From NCBI GenBank assembly GCA_964016885.1, contig OZ024750.1, positions 26,164,001 to 26,228,000 on the forward strand: a DNA stretch of 64,000 bases. Reading direction: 5' to 3'. Below the pieces are notes generated by a model. That model searched no databases. It was not told the DNA's origin and saw only the letters and a program-made list of their open reading frames with translations. Origin of the DNA: Eledone cirrhosa. Its lineage: Eukaryota. Positions 1 to 15,737 of the stretch are shown here, piece after piece (position 1 is the stretch's first letter; every line of letters begins with the position of its first letter). The position numbers and the translations under genes are program-made.

Positions 1-405
1 CATTTCCCACCCAGAAAAAATTGTAGCACCGACTTTTTCCTACAAGGACTCTAGCAGACTCTCCTCTCCATCTAGTCTCTTGCACACAGCATACATCAAT
101 TTCCTTTCCCTCTAGCCTTTCTACGATTTCTCCTGCTCTTCCTTTCATTGAGCCTACATTGATGGTACCAACTCGGAGTTTTGGGCATTTGTCGACAGTC
201 GTAGGGAAGGGTCTCTGGATTGGCGCTTCACATGGGTGCTTGGTAGCTCGCAGATTCATATTTCATCTATTGATTCAGAGTTGCTCAAATTTATTCTCAG
301 CTCATCCATCCATAACGGTAGGAAAATTGAGGGCTAGAAGAACAGTGGTGGTGGGATAATGGCAGGGTGTATTGGGCTGGGACAGGGGAGGAGAGAGTTA
401 GTTAG

Positions 406-421
406 GTAGTAGCAGTAGTAA

Positions 422-487
<66 letters not shown>

Positions 488-492
488 CAGCA
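406..492. repeat. (TAG)n microsatellite
   Basis: Direct reading; source of the spurious poly-Leu ORF. Confidence 0.95.
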
Positions 493-608
493 GAAGAAAT
501 GGCATGCTGAGGTTTGATTGGTCGAATAGGCTATGGTGGTGTGAGGGGGTGGGCGTGAGGGAAATTGGAAGGTAGGGAGAGAGGGTCGCCGTCAAGATGG
601 GTGACTGG

Positions 609-1185
609 ATCGAAGCCAAATCAACTGTAGTGATTCATGGGCGAAGAGGGAACGGGAGGTAATGGGTGGCTTAGAGATAGATAGAGAGAGGGTAGCCATC
701 ATAGAGAGATAGATAGAGAGGGGGTAGCCATCATAGAGAGAGAGGGTCGCCGCATGGCAAAATAGTCGATAGAATACATCAACAATAATATTAATAATAA
801 TAGCGTCATGGCCTGAAGCCTTCAAGATGGAAAAATAGACAGAGACGAGGAAAAATAGACAGAGTCAGCATGGTAGTAGAATAACAAATTGGCTGTGAGG
901 TAGGTAGCTAAATACCTTCGTAAAATTTGTATGGATGGATGACTGGAACGAAGCCAAATCAACTCTAGTGATTCATTTTAGCCTTTCAGAATAGAGTGTC
1001 TTATCTCTTCAATAGCTTCAAGATGAGTGAGGTGGAATGGGCGAAGAGGGAACGGGAGGTAATGGGTGGCTTAGAGATAGATAGAGAGAGGATAGCCATC
1101 ATAGAGATAGAGATAGAGAGAGGGTAGCCATCATAGAGAGAGAGATAGAGAGGGGGTAGCCATCATAGAGAGAGAGGGTCGCCGC

Positions 1186-1186
<1 letters not shown>
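609..1186. repeat. Local direct duplication (~609-756 vs ~948-1186) containing ~34-bp AGAGATAGATAGAGAGAGGGTAGCCATCAT units
   Basis: CGAAGCCAAATCAACT and TGGGCGAAGAGGGAACGGGAGG occur twice, each followed by 2-3 GTAGCCATCAT units. Confidence 0.85.
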
Positions 1187-1239
<53 letters not shown>

Positions 1240-1251
1240 ATAATAATAAAT

Positions 1252-1295
1252 CTGCAGACCCTAATGTTTCCGAGTATAACCCTTCATCAGTACAG
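1252..1295 (-). ncRNA. Type I hammerhead ribozyme motif, family C (slightly decayed)
   Basis: Minus strand: CTGTA-CTGATGA-AGGGTTATACTCG-GAAA-CATTAGGG-TC-TGCAG. Confidence 0.65.
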
Positions 1296-1627
1296 CCCAC
1301 TATTCTCCTGCAAAACCGTCAGAGCCAGTGAAAAGATATGCTATTTTCAAAAATACAGTGACTCATCGGCTGATTTTTTGCATATTAGCAGACTGGCTGA
1401 CATATACCAATATATACACAACAAAGCCTGCAGCTCCATACTCCTTCGCTGTCTCCTCTCCCTCTCTCTATGTCCCTCTTTCCATCTCCTTTCTTATAAC
1501 TACTATCTCTTTCTCTCTATCTTTCACTCTCTTTTGTGTGTGGGGGTGCGGGTGTGTATGTGCATGTGTGTGTGTGTGTGTGTTTGTAAATATGATGTTT
1601 AATATAGAAATCTCATATATATTTCAG

Positions 1628-1762
1628 AATGCCGAATAGGAATGTTTGGTGTTCATTGTACAGGGACATGCCATTGTATCAAGAACATTAACTGTGACCA
1701 TCGAAATGGAAGATGTTCAGATGGATGTTCTGCAGGTTATACTGGTGACATATGCCAAGAAG
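1628..1762 (+). CDS. EGF-like repeat exon, phase 1-1 (MEGF10/11- or SCARF-like protein)
   Basis: tttcag/GT flanks, 135 nt, ECRIGMFGVHCTGTCHCIKNINCDHRNGRCSDGCSAGYTGDICQE with 8 Cys. Confidence 0.85.
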
Positions 1763-1941
1763 GTATATCATAAAGTTGTTACATAATTACGATAATTACA
1801 AACACACACATATATATATATATGTGTGTTTGTGTGTGTTTATGTGTGTGGAGGGTGTTGCAGATGCGGGTGTGTATGTGCATGTGTTTGTGTGTGTGTG
1901 TAAATATGATGTTTAATATAGAAATCTTATATATATTTCAG

Positions 1942-2076
1942 AATGCCGAATAGGAAAGTTTGGTCTCAATTGTAATAGGACATGCCAGTGTATCAACAAC
2001 ACAAACTGTGACCATCGAAATGGAACATGTTCAGATGAAGCTACTAAAAGTCGTATTGGTAACAATTGCCTAGAAG
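1942..2076 (+). pseudogene. Decayed EGF exon
   Basis: 135 nt and open, but the donor reads GG instead of GT and the seventh Cys is lost (SDEATKSR). Confidence 0.75.
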
Positions 2077-2103
2077 GGATATCATAAACTTGTTACGTAT
2101 TTA

Positions 2104-2143
<40 letters not shown>

Positions 2144-2160
2144 ACACACACACACACCCA

Positions 2161-2191
<31 letters not shown>

Positions 2192-2284
2192 CCACACACA
2201 TACATACACTCACACATACACACGCATACACTCAGACACGCACAAACGCACACACATATATATTTTTTGGGGCCTGTCTACGTG

Positions 2285-2316
<32 letters not shown>

Positions 2317-2484
2317 CATGTGTTTGTGTGTTTGATGTTTAATATAGAAATCAATTCTACTGGACTAGAATAGTTTTATCCAAAGAAAACATCACGAAAT
2401 GGCTTTCCTGATGATTACGTTTGAATGAAATAGTTCTAATAGTTTTAAATGTATATATATATATATTCTATATATATATAGAAC

Positions 2485-4410
2485 TGGTCATTCCGTATGG
2501 TCCACCTCGATGTAATATTATGGTGAGCACTCAACGTAATGCAACTCAACTGTCTTCGTTTGTGTTGTTGGTGGTGCGAGTACGGAGTTAATTATTATAG
2601 AATAACAGGAGGCTGGACTGGTGTAATTCCTTGAAAGGTTTATTATACTATGATCATTTCAATGACAGGGTTCAGTATGAATCCGGTGACATCATCAGGT
2701 ATTCAGAATATAACAAAGGAATATAATAGACAAAATCCATGGGGCTGAAAATCAGAGACATGAGGACGACCGAACATTCAGGAGCTTCTACCTCGGTCGA
2801 CCGCCCCCAATTGTTTCTATACAGATGAGAGACGTGTATTTACGCTTAAACAATGAATCAATCTGTTACAATTAATAATTTATGTCCAGTGTTACTACGT
2901 TAGCATAGCAAATTGCATTACTAATGATTTAGAATAGTGATACTTTTACTATCATGAGTGTGAATTGCCGCTGTTGAAAGATGTAGTGAACAATTAAGTT
3001 GATATAATAGACTTAAACATGCTTACGTTCAATTATATCATACCATATATAAACGCAAGCCTCTCCGAGATATTACCATACCAAGCAAGTTAGAGGTGTA
3101 ATATCTTAGACGGTTATCATAAGACCATACGTTAGGAAGTACGTCTGTAGACGCATAGCTTAAAAAATACGCACGGGTGGGTATATTCATATATAAACAT
3201 ACGTACGCACGTGTTTGTACATCCTCCAATGCATATACTCGTAAATATACGCAGATACATAGAATAAGTGTACATGCACACATGGTAATACGAGGTACGT
3301 AATATAGTTAGTACCAGTTATAAGACACAAACCGGTATTCACACGCCGTAGTGCATTTTGATAGAATTCTTTACATTTCCGGAAATATTCGTTGTTCGAC
3401 CATATCTTAAAGAAGTGGAAAATTGTGAATTTTCCCTTCCTGCATGATGCGAAGTGTTCACTGCATGTGGTGTTTCTGACAGTGGGATCTCCAATTTATT
3501 TTTTATGGACCCGAACCCTATCATGTAGACCCGTTCTCAAATGTAGTATTCTTCACGTTGTGGGCAGGTCACACAATAAATTAAGGTTTTTGTTTTGCAA
3601 TTCACGCTTGCCTTAAATTTGAAAATGTCATTGTTTTAAAAGGAGATTTGCCCTCTCTCTTCAATGAATGAACAAGTTCCGTATCAAGGGTTCCCGCATT
3701 TCTTAACTTACATTGATTCATTGTCGGACGTAAATTTCGCCTCAATAAACAGTATTTTTAAAGTTAGGTGCTTGGCGTCTACTATATAGTATTTGTGAGT
3801 CTTTTATGAGTGCTTTCATTTTGGAGGACTGCTTGAGAATCGGGAGATATTGTTTAGCGTCTTTCATGATGTTGAAGTTCTGGGCTATTCTGGGCCTTGG
3901 AGATGGCCGTATTGATGAAGTTCACCGGATAGTATATTAAGGAGCTCTTTTAGTTCATATAATCTTTTTTCCTATAGTGTGGTTTGTGTTTCTATGGTGC
4001 AAATGCGTTTTGTCATATAAAAGGGAATGTTCCTTTTGGTATGTGAGTGGTGTGCCTACCGGAAATTCAAGTACTGGTGTGTGTCTGTTCGTTTGTAAAA
4101 TAGGTCTGTTTTTATATTTTCCCCTTCTTTAATGATAGTGATATCCCAAAACGGTCGTCCCTTTTTGTTTCAATCCATGGTAAATTGTCTTGCTTCGTGA
4201 AGCCTGTTTATGATGAAATGGAATCTTTGTAGGTCTCCTTGGCTTCTATTAAAGAAGATGAAGCAGTCGTCTAGGTAACATTTCCAGTTGTTATTAATGT
4301 AGGTGGCAAAGTCGTGACTGAAAGCGTCTTGCAGCTGGGAATATAATTTTACCTCTAGGTGACCCAAGACGAGTGTTACATATGTTGGGGCTACTTTGGT
4401 GCCCATGGCT
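2485..4410 (-). mobile_element. Decayed Penelope-like element (RT fragment, endonuclease region, 3' tail)
   Basis: MGTKVAPTY...YLDDCFIFF...FTM PLE RT motifs at 4170-4406, downstream TDLFYKRTDTHQYL; HHR-like motif near the 3' end. Confidence 0.75.
2645..2702 (-). ncRNA. Hammerhead motif in PLE 3' repeat
   Basis: ATAC-CTGATGA-(imperfect stem II)-GAAA-TGATCA-TA-GTAT; palindromic ATGATCAT stem III. Confidence 0.55.
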
Positions 4411-5822
4411 GTTTCTTTTGTGTATGTATGTATATATATATTCCTGCGATTGTCTGTTTTTTCTTCTTTCTTTTCTGTTATTCCGAACTATATATATATA
4501 TATACATAATATTTTACCTTTGAACAGAAATACACGGACTACCTGCCGGTTATATAGGGATACTTTTGTTGGTCCCATTTATGTTACTTGTACTTGTGAT
4601 TGCAGCGGTCATGTACAGGTATGTGATTTCTTGTATCAATACAATTGTTAGAAGTAATTGGTGAATTTCAATCTGTCTGATGTTTAGATTTAGAATCAAT
4701 AAAATTGTATTTTTCTTTTATAATTGTATATTGTGTAATTGACCTTCGTATGTTTCAGCGATGAGTTTTCAATATGATAACTTATTTTCCCAGTTGTTCG
4801 GTGAATATTAATGACCACGTATAATATTAAATGTACTAATTGCAGTCGTTTGACTAATTATTGCCTCATAATTTGAGCAGGACATTTAAAAAATTTCTTT
4901 TTCACACAAACATAGTAATTGTGTTTGATAGGCTAAAACAAGCTTTGCCTTGATGTTATTTCAATAGAGATACATCAGGCATAAAGTTGGAAACTGTAAA
5001 GTATTACATCATGTTCTCAATATTGTGAATTTCCTATATATTTCATATTAGTATTTTATTGTTTTGACTAGAAATATTTTGATTAGCTAATTACATTTTC
5101 TATAGCCCAAGCAATATCAAGTTTATTTTTTATACCGTTACAATTACAAAATGTCACGAGTCATAGGCATACTTATTGAAACAGTTTATAATTGAGTCTA
5201 ATATGTTAGAATCTTTTAAAAATATCCTTTAAAAAATACTCGTACGAATTAAATACAAAATTTTCAGTCGAAAACAAAAGCAAATTACTTCAAATTATAT
5301 AATTTTGAAAAATAGATGTGAATGTTCTCAAAGACTTGATCTCAGTCAAATAATCTTTTTTTAATTTTTATTCTATATTTTACTGTTAGCTGTTGCCATA
5401 TTTTGAGTGGATAGACAATTCTACAATTCAAACTGTAAAGTCAAAATATAAAAGATACAAAATGTGAAGGATTTCTTACCTTTCTCTGGATTCTCAAACT
5501 CAAGGGAAAAATAGTACCTTGCAAAATAGAGTGCTTCGATCACAAACTTAGTTGCAAAGAATAAATTGAGATGCTTGGTGACAGTGAGCAAGAAAAATCT
5601 GTATCCCTTATATATATACATAGATAGATAGACACGCACACACATGCACGCACACACGCACACACACATACACGCACACACACACTTGTGTGTGTGTGCG
5701 TGTGTGTGTGTGTGCCTTGTTTTTGGTACAGAAAGAATTTTTGTCTCCAGTTTATATTTCCGTATTCCCGGGTCAAAGGCCACTGTTCTGTTCAACAACG
5801 TAAAATAACGCCATACAGACAC

Positions 5823-5879
<57 letters not shown>

Positions 5880-5973
5880 CACGTATCTATATATATATAT
5901 ATATGTGTAGTGATAGAACACTGGAAGGTAATATCCGTAGTGGTTGAGCACTCTGTCCATGGGACGAGTTAGG

Positions 5974-8273
<2,300 letters not shown>

Positions 8274-8474
8274 AATGTATATATATATATATATAACGTA
8301 GGAGGTGTGGTACGGAACCAGATGGATCATAATGCACCAGATTACTCAATACTTGGGTAGTAGAGTGGGTAATAGGAACATGTTTAAGCCGTTTCGACGG
8401 CTGTTTCTGGACTCCAGAAATAACCGTCGAAACGGCTTGAGCACTGCCGTCGGGGTTAAACATTTTCCTATATA

Positions 8475-8508
<34 letters not shown>

Positions 8509-8573
8509 AATGAAGAGAGAATGTGGGTAGGACAGAGAGAGAGTAAGAAATGTGTCTGTGTGTTTGGTACCCG

Positions 8574-8608
<35 letters not shown>

Positions 8609-8609
<1 letters not shown>

Positions 8610-9146
8610 CCCATTTGTGGCGCCTCCCCCCTATTGGGGATTTCGATTGTTGAAATTGTTTGTTTTTATAGTTTTTACACGACTGTATGTAAAATCCCCG
8701 GCATGTCTTTGTATTGTCCCCTTTCTTGTTGCGCCCTTGTGGCTAATAAAGAAATCTATCTATCTATGTATCTATCTATCTATTGGAGATTTCGATTGTT
8801 GAAATTGTTTGTTTTTATATTTTTTACACGACTGTATCTAGAATTTACTGAAAGGTGGGCGAATGAAGTGAATATCGCCCGAGTGATTGGGCCTTCTCTG
8901 TTTATAAGCCTGTAGGTTAAAGAAGAGAACAAAAGGAAGAAAGGAGAAATTGCACAATACGCTCCTGGAGTAGAGGGTTGTTCTATCGACGGGTATTAAA
9001 CAACCCATTTGTGGCGCCTCCCCCCTATTGGGGATTTCGATTGTTGTAATTATTTGTTTTATATTTTTTACACGACTGTATGTAAAATCCCCGGTATGTC
9101 TTTGTATTGTCTCCTTTTCTTGTGCGCCCTTGTGGCAAATATAGAA

Positions 9147-9199
<53 letters not shown>

Positions 9200-11148
9200 A
9201 CTACCTGGACTTGGAGAAACCACAGTTGTCAAGGTGAACGGCTACCTCTCGGAGCCGTTCCATATTACGCGATCCATTCGACAGGGATGCCCTCTCTCCT
9301 CCCTTCTGTACGTACTGACTCTCGAGCCACTACTGCGGAAGCTGGAGCTATTGCAGGGCATCCTTCTGGAACCGGGACTGCGGAAAGCGGCGTCGGCCTA
9401 CGCCGACGACGTGACAGTAATGGTGTTGAGCGCCTCACAAATCGAGGAAGTCGGCACCTTACTAAAGGAATACGAAAGTCTCACAGGAGCGAAGCTGAAC
9501 CGGGACAAGTCCATCGGTTTGCAACTCGGATCGTGGAGAGGCAGACCGATGCCTTCCGATGGCGTCGTCGGACGCTGGACGGAAGGACCGGTAAAGCTGC
9601 TCGGGGTCTGGTTTGGTCCGGACCTCCAGGTGGAGAAGAACTGGAACGAAGTGACGGCCAAGGTGTTTGCACTCACCCAGAAGTGGGCCGAGTGCAAACT
9701 ATCCTTGAAAGGTCGAGCGGAGGTGGCGAACACTTTTATAGCGTCCGCCATCTACTACCGCTTGACCGTCGTGCCTTGTCCAGCCAAAACGCTCGCCAAA
9801 ATGGAGCGCGCTGTTCCGATTCCTTTGGAAGAGGCGGGCTCCTTTGGTGAGAAGATCCATCTGCTGCCAACACCCTTCTAACGGAGGGCTGGGGATGCCG
9901 TGGTTGACGATGCGCAAACACCCGCTCAGGCTGCGGCATCTCTACGTATTCCTCACCGGACAACCGGTGTGGGCCCCGTTCGTGAGGCGAGCCTTCCCAC
10001 GACTCGTCTCGCTGACCGAGCTGCAGTCCTGGGTCAAGCAGAGACCGAGGAAAATGGGCGACTGGCACATCGAATGTGCTCAGGCGCTCACAGCCCTCTG
10101 GCAGGCGGACCCGGCGATCAGTGGAGACTCCACTTCATCATTCTATAGAGGGTTGGTCCGCAGCAAGTGCGACGACGCGCTCGGTGAAACTCTAGGCGTA
10201 GAGGAAGATGAACTGGCCAGTCTGTTCGGTAGGACCTTCCGCCCGTGACCGATGGACAACTTCCAAAAGTCCCTGGCCTGGCAGTGCTACCGAGGAGCTC
10301 TACCAGTTCGAGACAAGCTCTACAGACATGGGCGCCCGGGCAGGGACCCTGCAAAAGAGATCTGTCCGAGGTGCGTGCGAGACGAAGAAACCGTCGCGCA
10401 TGCATTCATACACTGCCCGGGCGTCACTGACCTGTGGGGCTATGTAGAACGACTATTGTCGCGGGTGGGACCGATCCAGTTGACCACCGAGTCCATTGTC
10501 ATGATCAAACCGCCACCCTCCTTCAAAAACGAAGGAGAGGCGGTTTTCCTTTGTGTGATAGCTATGGCGAAAGAGGTTGTATGGTGGACAAGGTTGAAAG
10601 GGCTGAGGTCAGACACCTTTCTCTCCGGCCAACAACTGATTCTTTTTTTCAAATACCACTTTGGAAGAAGAATCAGGATGGAGAGAGAGGTGCTGTACCC
10701 CAGCAAGTTTTATGAAAGGTGGGTGAAAGTGGCGAGAATGGCCCGAGTGAATGGGCCTTCTCTCTATATCAGCCTGTAGGTTGAGGAAAAGGAGGAGGAG
10801 AGGAAAGGAGTACAAGCTCTTCGTACTCCTGGAGATGAGGGTTGCACATTTTTTTCGGGGGTATGTGTTACCCATATAAACTGTCTCCCTCTATTGGGGA
10901 AAATCGACTAACTTTTAAATTCCATCTGTGATAACATTTTACACGTTTTTATTGTATGTAAACTTCCCCCTTTGTATTTGTCCCCTTCTTTTGTGCCCCT
11001 GTAGCTAATAAAGAAATATATCTATCTATTGGAGATTTCGATTGTTGAAATTGTTTGTTTTTATATTTTTTACACGACTGTATGTAAAATCCCTGGCATG
11101 TCTTTGTATTGTCCCCTTTCTTGTTGCGCCCTTGTGGCTATTAAAGAA

Positions 11149-11149
<1 letters not shown>
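8609..11149 (+). mobile_element. Cluster of 5'-truncated L1/Tx1-clade LINE copies separated by (TCTA)n
   Basis: RSIRQGCPLS, AYADDVT, CPRC..ETVAHAFIHC (zf-RVT); repeated 3' UTRs ending AATAAAGAAA(TCTA)n; longest copy 9200-11016. Confidence 0.9.
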
Positions 11150-11208
<59 letters not shown>

Positions 11209-11212
11209 CTCC

Positions 11213-11622
11213 AACAGGGGGCTGAAACATACGGCCCGCAAACTACTTTTCTATGGCCTGTGGTAGAACCAATATTTCAGATTCCATTATAACTGGTGAA
11301 AATAAGGCGGTGAGCTGGTGGAATCGTTAGCACATCTGGCGAAATCCTTAGCGGTACTTCTTCTGTGTTTACGTTGTTAGTTCATATTCCGCCGATCTCA
11401 ACTTTGCTTTTCATCCTTTTGGAGTCGATAATCTAAGTACCAGTTGTGAACTGGGATCGATGTAATCGACTGGACCCTAAACCCCAAATTTCCTGCCTTG
11501 TGTCTATAGTAGAAATAATTGTAACTGGTGAAAATCATCACCCACCACAACGTTTGGCCCACTGTGCCTCTCCTACAGGACGTAATGGCCGTTTTATGCC
11601 CTTGAGTTTGAGAGTCCTCTTC
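11213..11622. mobile_element. hAT-like MITE interrupted by a SINE
   Basis: CAGGGGGCTGAAAC...GGCCCGC start and GAGTTTGAGAGTCCTC end; the paralog at 29198-29602 has clearer TIRs. Confidence 0.55.
11304..11521 (+). mobile_element. tRNA-derived cephalopod-type SINE
   Basis: GGCGGTGAGCTGG head, TTCATCCT..GTCGATAA..AAGTACCAG body, 14-bp TSD TAACTGGTGAAAAT (11290-11303 / 11522-11535). Confidence 0.8.
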
Positions 11623-11887
11623 TACACACACACACTCATATATATGCATCCACTTTACTTTTTTTCTGTATCTGGACTACGCCCATGCTGTAGCATCACC
11701 TTGGTAAGTTATGGGGACGTCAACAAACCAACAAGCATTCGTGGGAGGGCAAACACAAACGCAAAGACAGACACAGGCATATATATATATATACGACGAG
11801 CTTCTGTTAGTTTTGCTCTATCAAATCTCCCCACAGGGTTTGGTCGGCCCGGGCAGTGTGACTGAACCCGGAAACATGTGTATATCG

Positions 11888-11985
11888 TATTAAATTAACA
11901 ATGAAAATAAAAACAACAAAGTCAAGTTACTTTATAACTTCGTTGTTTTTAATTTGTTGTTTTTATTTTCATTGTTAATTTAATA
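11888..11985. repeat. Perfect 33-bp inverted repeat
   Basis: TATTAAATTAACAATGAAAATAAAAACAACAAA ... TTTGTTGTTTTTATTTTCATTGTTAATTTAATA. Confidence 0.85.
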
Positions 11986-12469
11986 AATAATATCTGACTC
12001 TGTATCTAAAGAATTAACTCAGCGAGACACAGAACTTCACTATGGATTTTACGGAATTAGATTGAGTTTTATCTACGGTAGGGACCCTACTACCAGAGGT
12101 AGACCACACTGAAAAGGAAAAAAAAATTATATATGTGTGTGTGTGTATTATATATATATATATATATAAAACTACATACATATGTACATACATTTACCTA
12201 TGTGTATAACTATACATTTATATATGTGTATGTATGCATGCATTTATGTTTAAGTGCGTGTATATGTGAGATGATTTAAATAGTTTTGGGTAAGGAGAAA
12301 ATTTTGCCTCCAGATTTTATTACCTAGGGAGATTAACACAACAGTTGTTCCTCCTCATCAAACACCAACGCCGGCCTGTATCTAGTATACATGTGTATGT
12401 ATGTATGTATGTATGTATGTATGTATGTATGTATGTATGTATGTATGTATGTATGTATGTATGTATGTA

Positions 12470-12885
12470 TGCGTGTGTATGTTCGTATGTATAAGTATTT
12501 ACCCAAACCTTTCATCACCATTGCTTCTTATTCTTGCCATTTCTGTTGGTGTTGTTCTTGTAACTGTTGTCATAGTTGTGTAGCCCTTATTTTCATTTTG
12601 TTTGATTTCTTTCGTTTTCTTTTTCTTTTATGTCGCTAAGGAATTCGTTGACAATCTTCTTTCATTTATTTTCTTCATTCAAATGCATCCACACTGGCTG
12701 TCTCAGAGACGTACAAATATGGCTTATAAATTTACCAAATTAAAGAGCCTTCCAGCGCTCCAAAAGCTTCAAACGCCCCTAACGACCCTTGCTCCCTAAC
12801 GACCCCTTGCTCCCAAACGCCCCTCTAAGAGCTCCGAATCACCCCCGGGAGTTCATATGCCTCCCGTTGAGAACCTTTTGGTTTA
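12470..12885 (+). mobile_element. hAT-like non-autonomous element end (inverted paralog 17757-18180; fragment 31113-31195)
   Basis: Shared CATATGCC..GTTGAGAACC terminus and internal homology. Confidence 0.55.
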
Positions 12886-14184
12886 GACAGATAGCATATT
12901 AGATTGTAAAATAAAAATCATCGATTTGGCTGAATACCAAACAATTCCAATGGGGATGTAATTGTTTAAATCTAACGCAGGATAAACACATAATTTGAGC
13001 ACAATTCAAGGACGCATATTTTAGGGTGAGCTAGATGTAAATATATCAAGTCACTACTCATAGAAAGTTTGTCAGGGACGAAAGAATGGAAGTCAAGTTT
13101 CTACTGAATGAGATATAAACTGTGTATGTGAAAGGATATATGTCATTACAACATGTCATTAAGAAAAGCGCGCTACCGCCTCTTCTAACGAAAACCTTTC
13201 GGAAATTAAATAATATCCTAATTATGAAGAAACCAAATGTAATATTTTATTATAGCTTTTCACTACTACATTAGTCCATCTCAAACCCCTCTGGAGATAA
13301 TTTCCTGTTTAATAACTGTATAATTTACTGGAGTTGGGGTTTACTAATTGTATCCCTTTTCTGTTGTTGTTTAGGGTGAGGTCAGTCATAACTAAGGACA
13401 CCTATCATCAAAAACATTTCAGTCATCACCATACTAACATTTAGGTGCCTTACGAACAACATTATTTGTTTTTGACTGCTTTCTTTAGCAGTTCGAGCGG
13501 CTATAAAGAAAGTGTCCTCCCCACAAGTAACTTTCTAACAAATAAATACGCAGAACCAATTAGATATACCCAGATCTCAGACATTTGTATCTGTCAGGTT
13601 TTGACACTCAAATACATTTACCTCATGCATTATCCTTATTCAATAGATCATGTTATAGACATTATCTCAATAACTATATATTTCCCAAACCCAGTTAAAA
13701 TAAAATTTAAAATATGGGATAACACTCAATCTGATGAAGTCTCAGCCAAGTAACATCAAATATATTATCCAGAAATTAAATTATAAAAGAATATTAACAA
13801 TTTTTTAAACAGTTACCAATTTGCACCAGCACTGATGCAAAGGCATATTGCGTAAGGCATATTGCCTATAAGAAATATGACTTACATGGCCACGATAATA
13901 TAAACTGGCAAGACATATGTATTGAGAAACCGAACCGATTTGCAATACAAGACTGTTACTTATTCTATCGACTAATCAGTAGCGGTGAAAATCACATTCG
14001 TATCAGAACATAAATGAGTGAAAATAAATGACACAAGAACATATTTTATATTGGTTAAAATAATTATCTTACCTAGGTTAATTGTTTCAAATATATAAGA
14101 ATGGAGGAATTAGATTGTTCGATGAGAATATCTCTCTGGAAATTATTAATGATACGAGAATTTGTCTTCTGTTAGAAATAAATA

Positions 14185-14350
14185 ATCGTTTCTACCTTTG
14201 GCACAAGGCCAGCAATTACCTAGTGCATTACTGGTACTTTATTTTATCGACCCCGTAAGGATGAAAGGCAAAGTTAACCCCAGCGGGATTTGAACTCAGA
14301 TCATAAAGGTCCGTAACTCTTTGCTGCAAAGCATGGGTCCGACCCTCTAC
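14185..14350 (-). mobile_element. SINE, same family as 11304
   Basis: Reverse complement of CTTTCATCCT..GGGGTCGATAAAATAAAGTACCAG. Confidence 0.7.
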
Positions 14351-14639
14351 CGATAATGTGTTATAAATATGACTGAATATGAGATTGTGATCAAGTCGTC
14401 ATTCCCTCGTCAATTATTTTTATTTTGTTAAGTACAATGTTATTTAATAATTTTTAAATTTCCTTTTGCTGTAATAAAATTAATAATTAATTTGTAATTT
14501 AAATGTAACATGTTTTTTTTTTTTGTCTTAATCTGAAAAACATAGTTCTCAACACTATATTCTAGTTCTCACTTTTACCACTCACTTGTTCAATATACAG
14601 CTACTCTCGCATGCATAAACAGGACAAAAAAGCCATAGG

Positions 14640-14835
14640 TAACGACAGCAGAAAAGCCAGGGGAAAAGACAGCGGATAAGACAGTGGAAAAGACAGTGGA
14701 AAAGACAAATGAAAAGATAGTGGAAAATCAGCGGAAAAGACAGTGGAAAAGACAGTGGAAAAGACAAAGGAAAAGACAAAGGAAAAGAAAAAAGAAAAGA
14801 CAAAGGAAAAGAAAAAAGAAAAGAGAGCGGAAATA
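14640..14835. repeat. 12-bp minisatellite (GGAAAAGACAGT-like)
   Basis: Direct reading. Confidence 0.85.
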
Positions 14836-15075
14836 ACAGAGGAGAAAAATCTGGAGATGGGAAATCAGACCACATAAAAAATATTTCTAAAGATACAGGT
14901 GAGTTGGTTGTTTTATTAACTGTTGAATGTCTATACTTAGTTTAATAAAACTGTAATATTCTCGAAAACCAAAGAAATTTTATAAATACATATATATAAA
15001 AAAGAGTCAGGACACCGACGGCTGAGCTCCGGACGTTTCGACAGCTAAATCCGAACTAAGCCACCAGTATTAGAA

Positions 15076-15173
<98 letters not shown>

Positions 15174-15459
15174 CGTGTGTGTGTCTGCGTGTGTGTGTCT
15201 GCGTGTCTGTGTGTGTGCGTGTATGTTTATTTATACATTTATACAAACTAACACACTTTAAAATATTAATAAGAAAATATATGATCACGTGACAACCTGG
15301 TTGAGCTTGTTTTGTTTGGGAAGTCTGAATTTCATAATGGGTGCATTTCGATATATTGGGTCCTACATCTATCTCCCACACACTGTTGACATGAAATATC
15401 CATCTGCACAGTGTTATAGCTCAGCTATATTTATATGTATCTATATCTCTTCAAATAAT

Positions 15460-15645
15460 TGTTTCTAGTTTTGGCACAAGGCCAGCAAATAACCAGTACA
15501 TTACTGGTACTTTATTTTATCGACCTCGTAAGGATGAAAGGCAAAGTTAACCTCGGCGGGATTTGAACTCAGATCATAAAGAGCCATAACTCTTTGCTAC
15601 AAAGCATGGTATCCGACCATCTACTGATACTGCCAATCCACCGCC
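15460..15645 (-). mobile_element. SINE with 19-bp TSD
   Basis: TSD CTATATCTCTTCAAATAAT at 15441-15459 and 15646-15664. Confidence 0.8.
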
Positions 15646-15737
15646 CTATATCTCTTCAAATAATAAACGCAACATATATAACTCGGTTTATCTATTTAGC
15701 TGCAGTTCATTTATCCATTTTCTAACTATCTATCTTT

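Noticed and set aside
2405-2440. CTGATGA...GAAA hammerhead
   Set aside because: No stem I pairing; the GAAA part occurs in paralogs (36320, 38090) without the CTGATGA
12000-12115. Twister- or pistol-like ribozyme
   Set aside because: Could not place the required pseudoknots or conserved residues
13725-13790. Hammerhead-like CTGATGA...GAAA
   Set aside because: Stems I and II too weak to call
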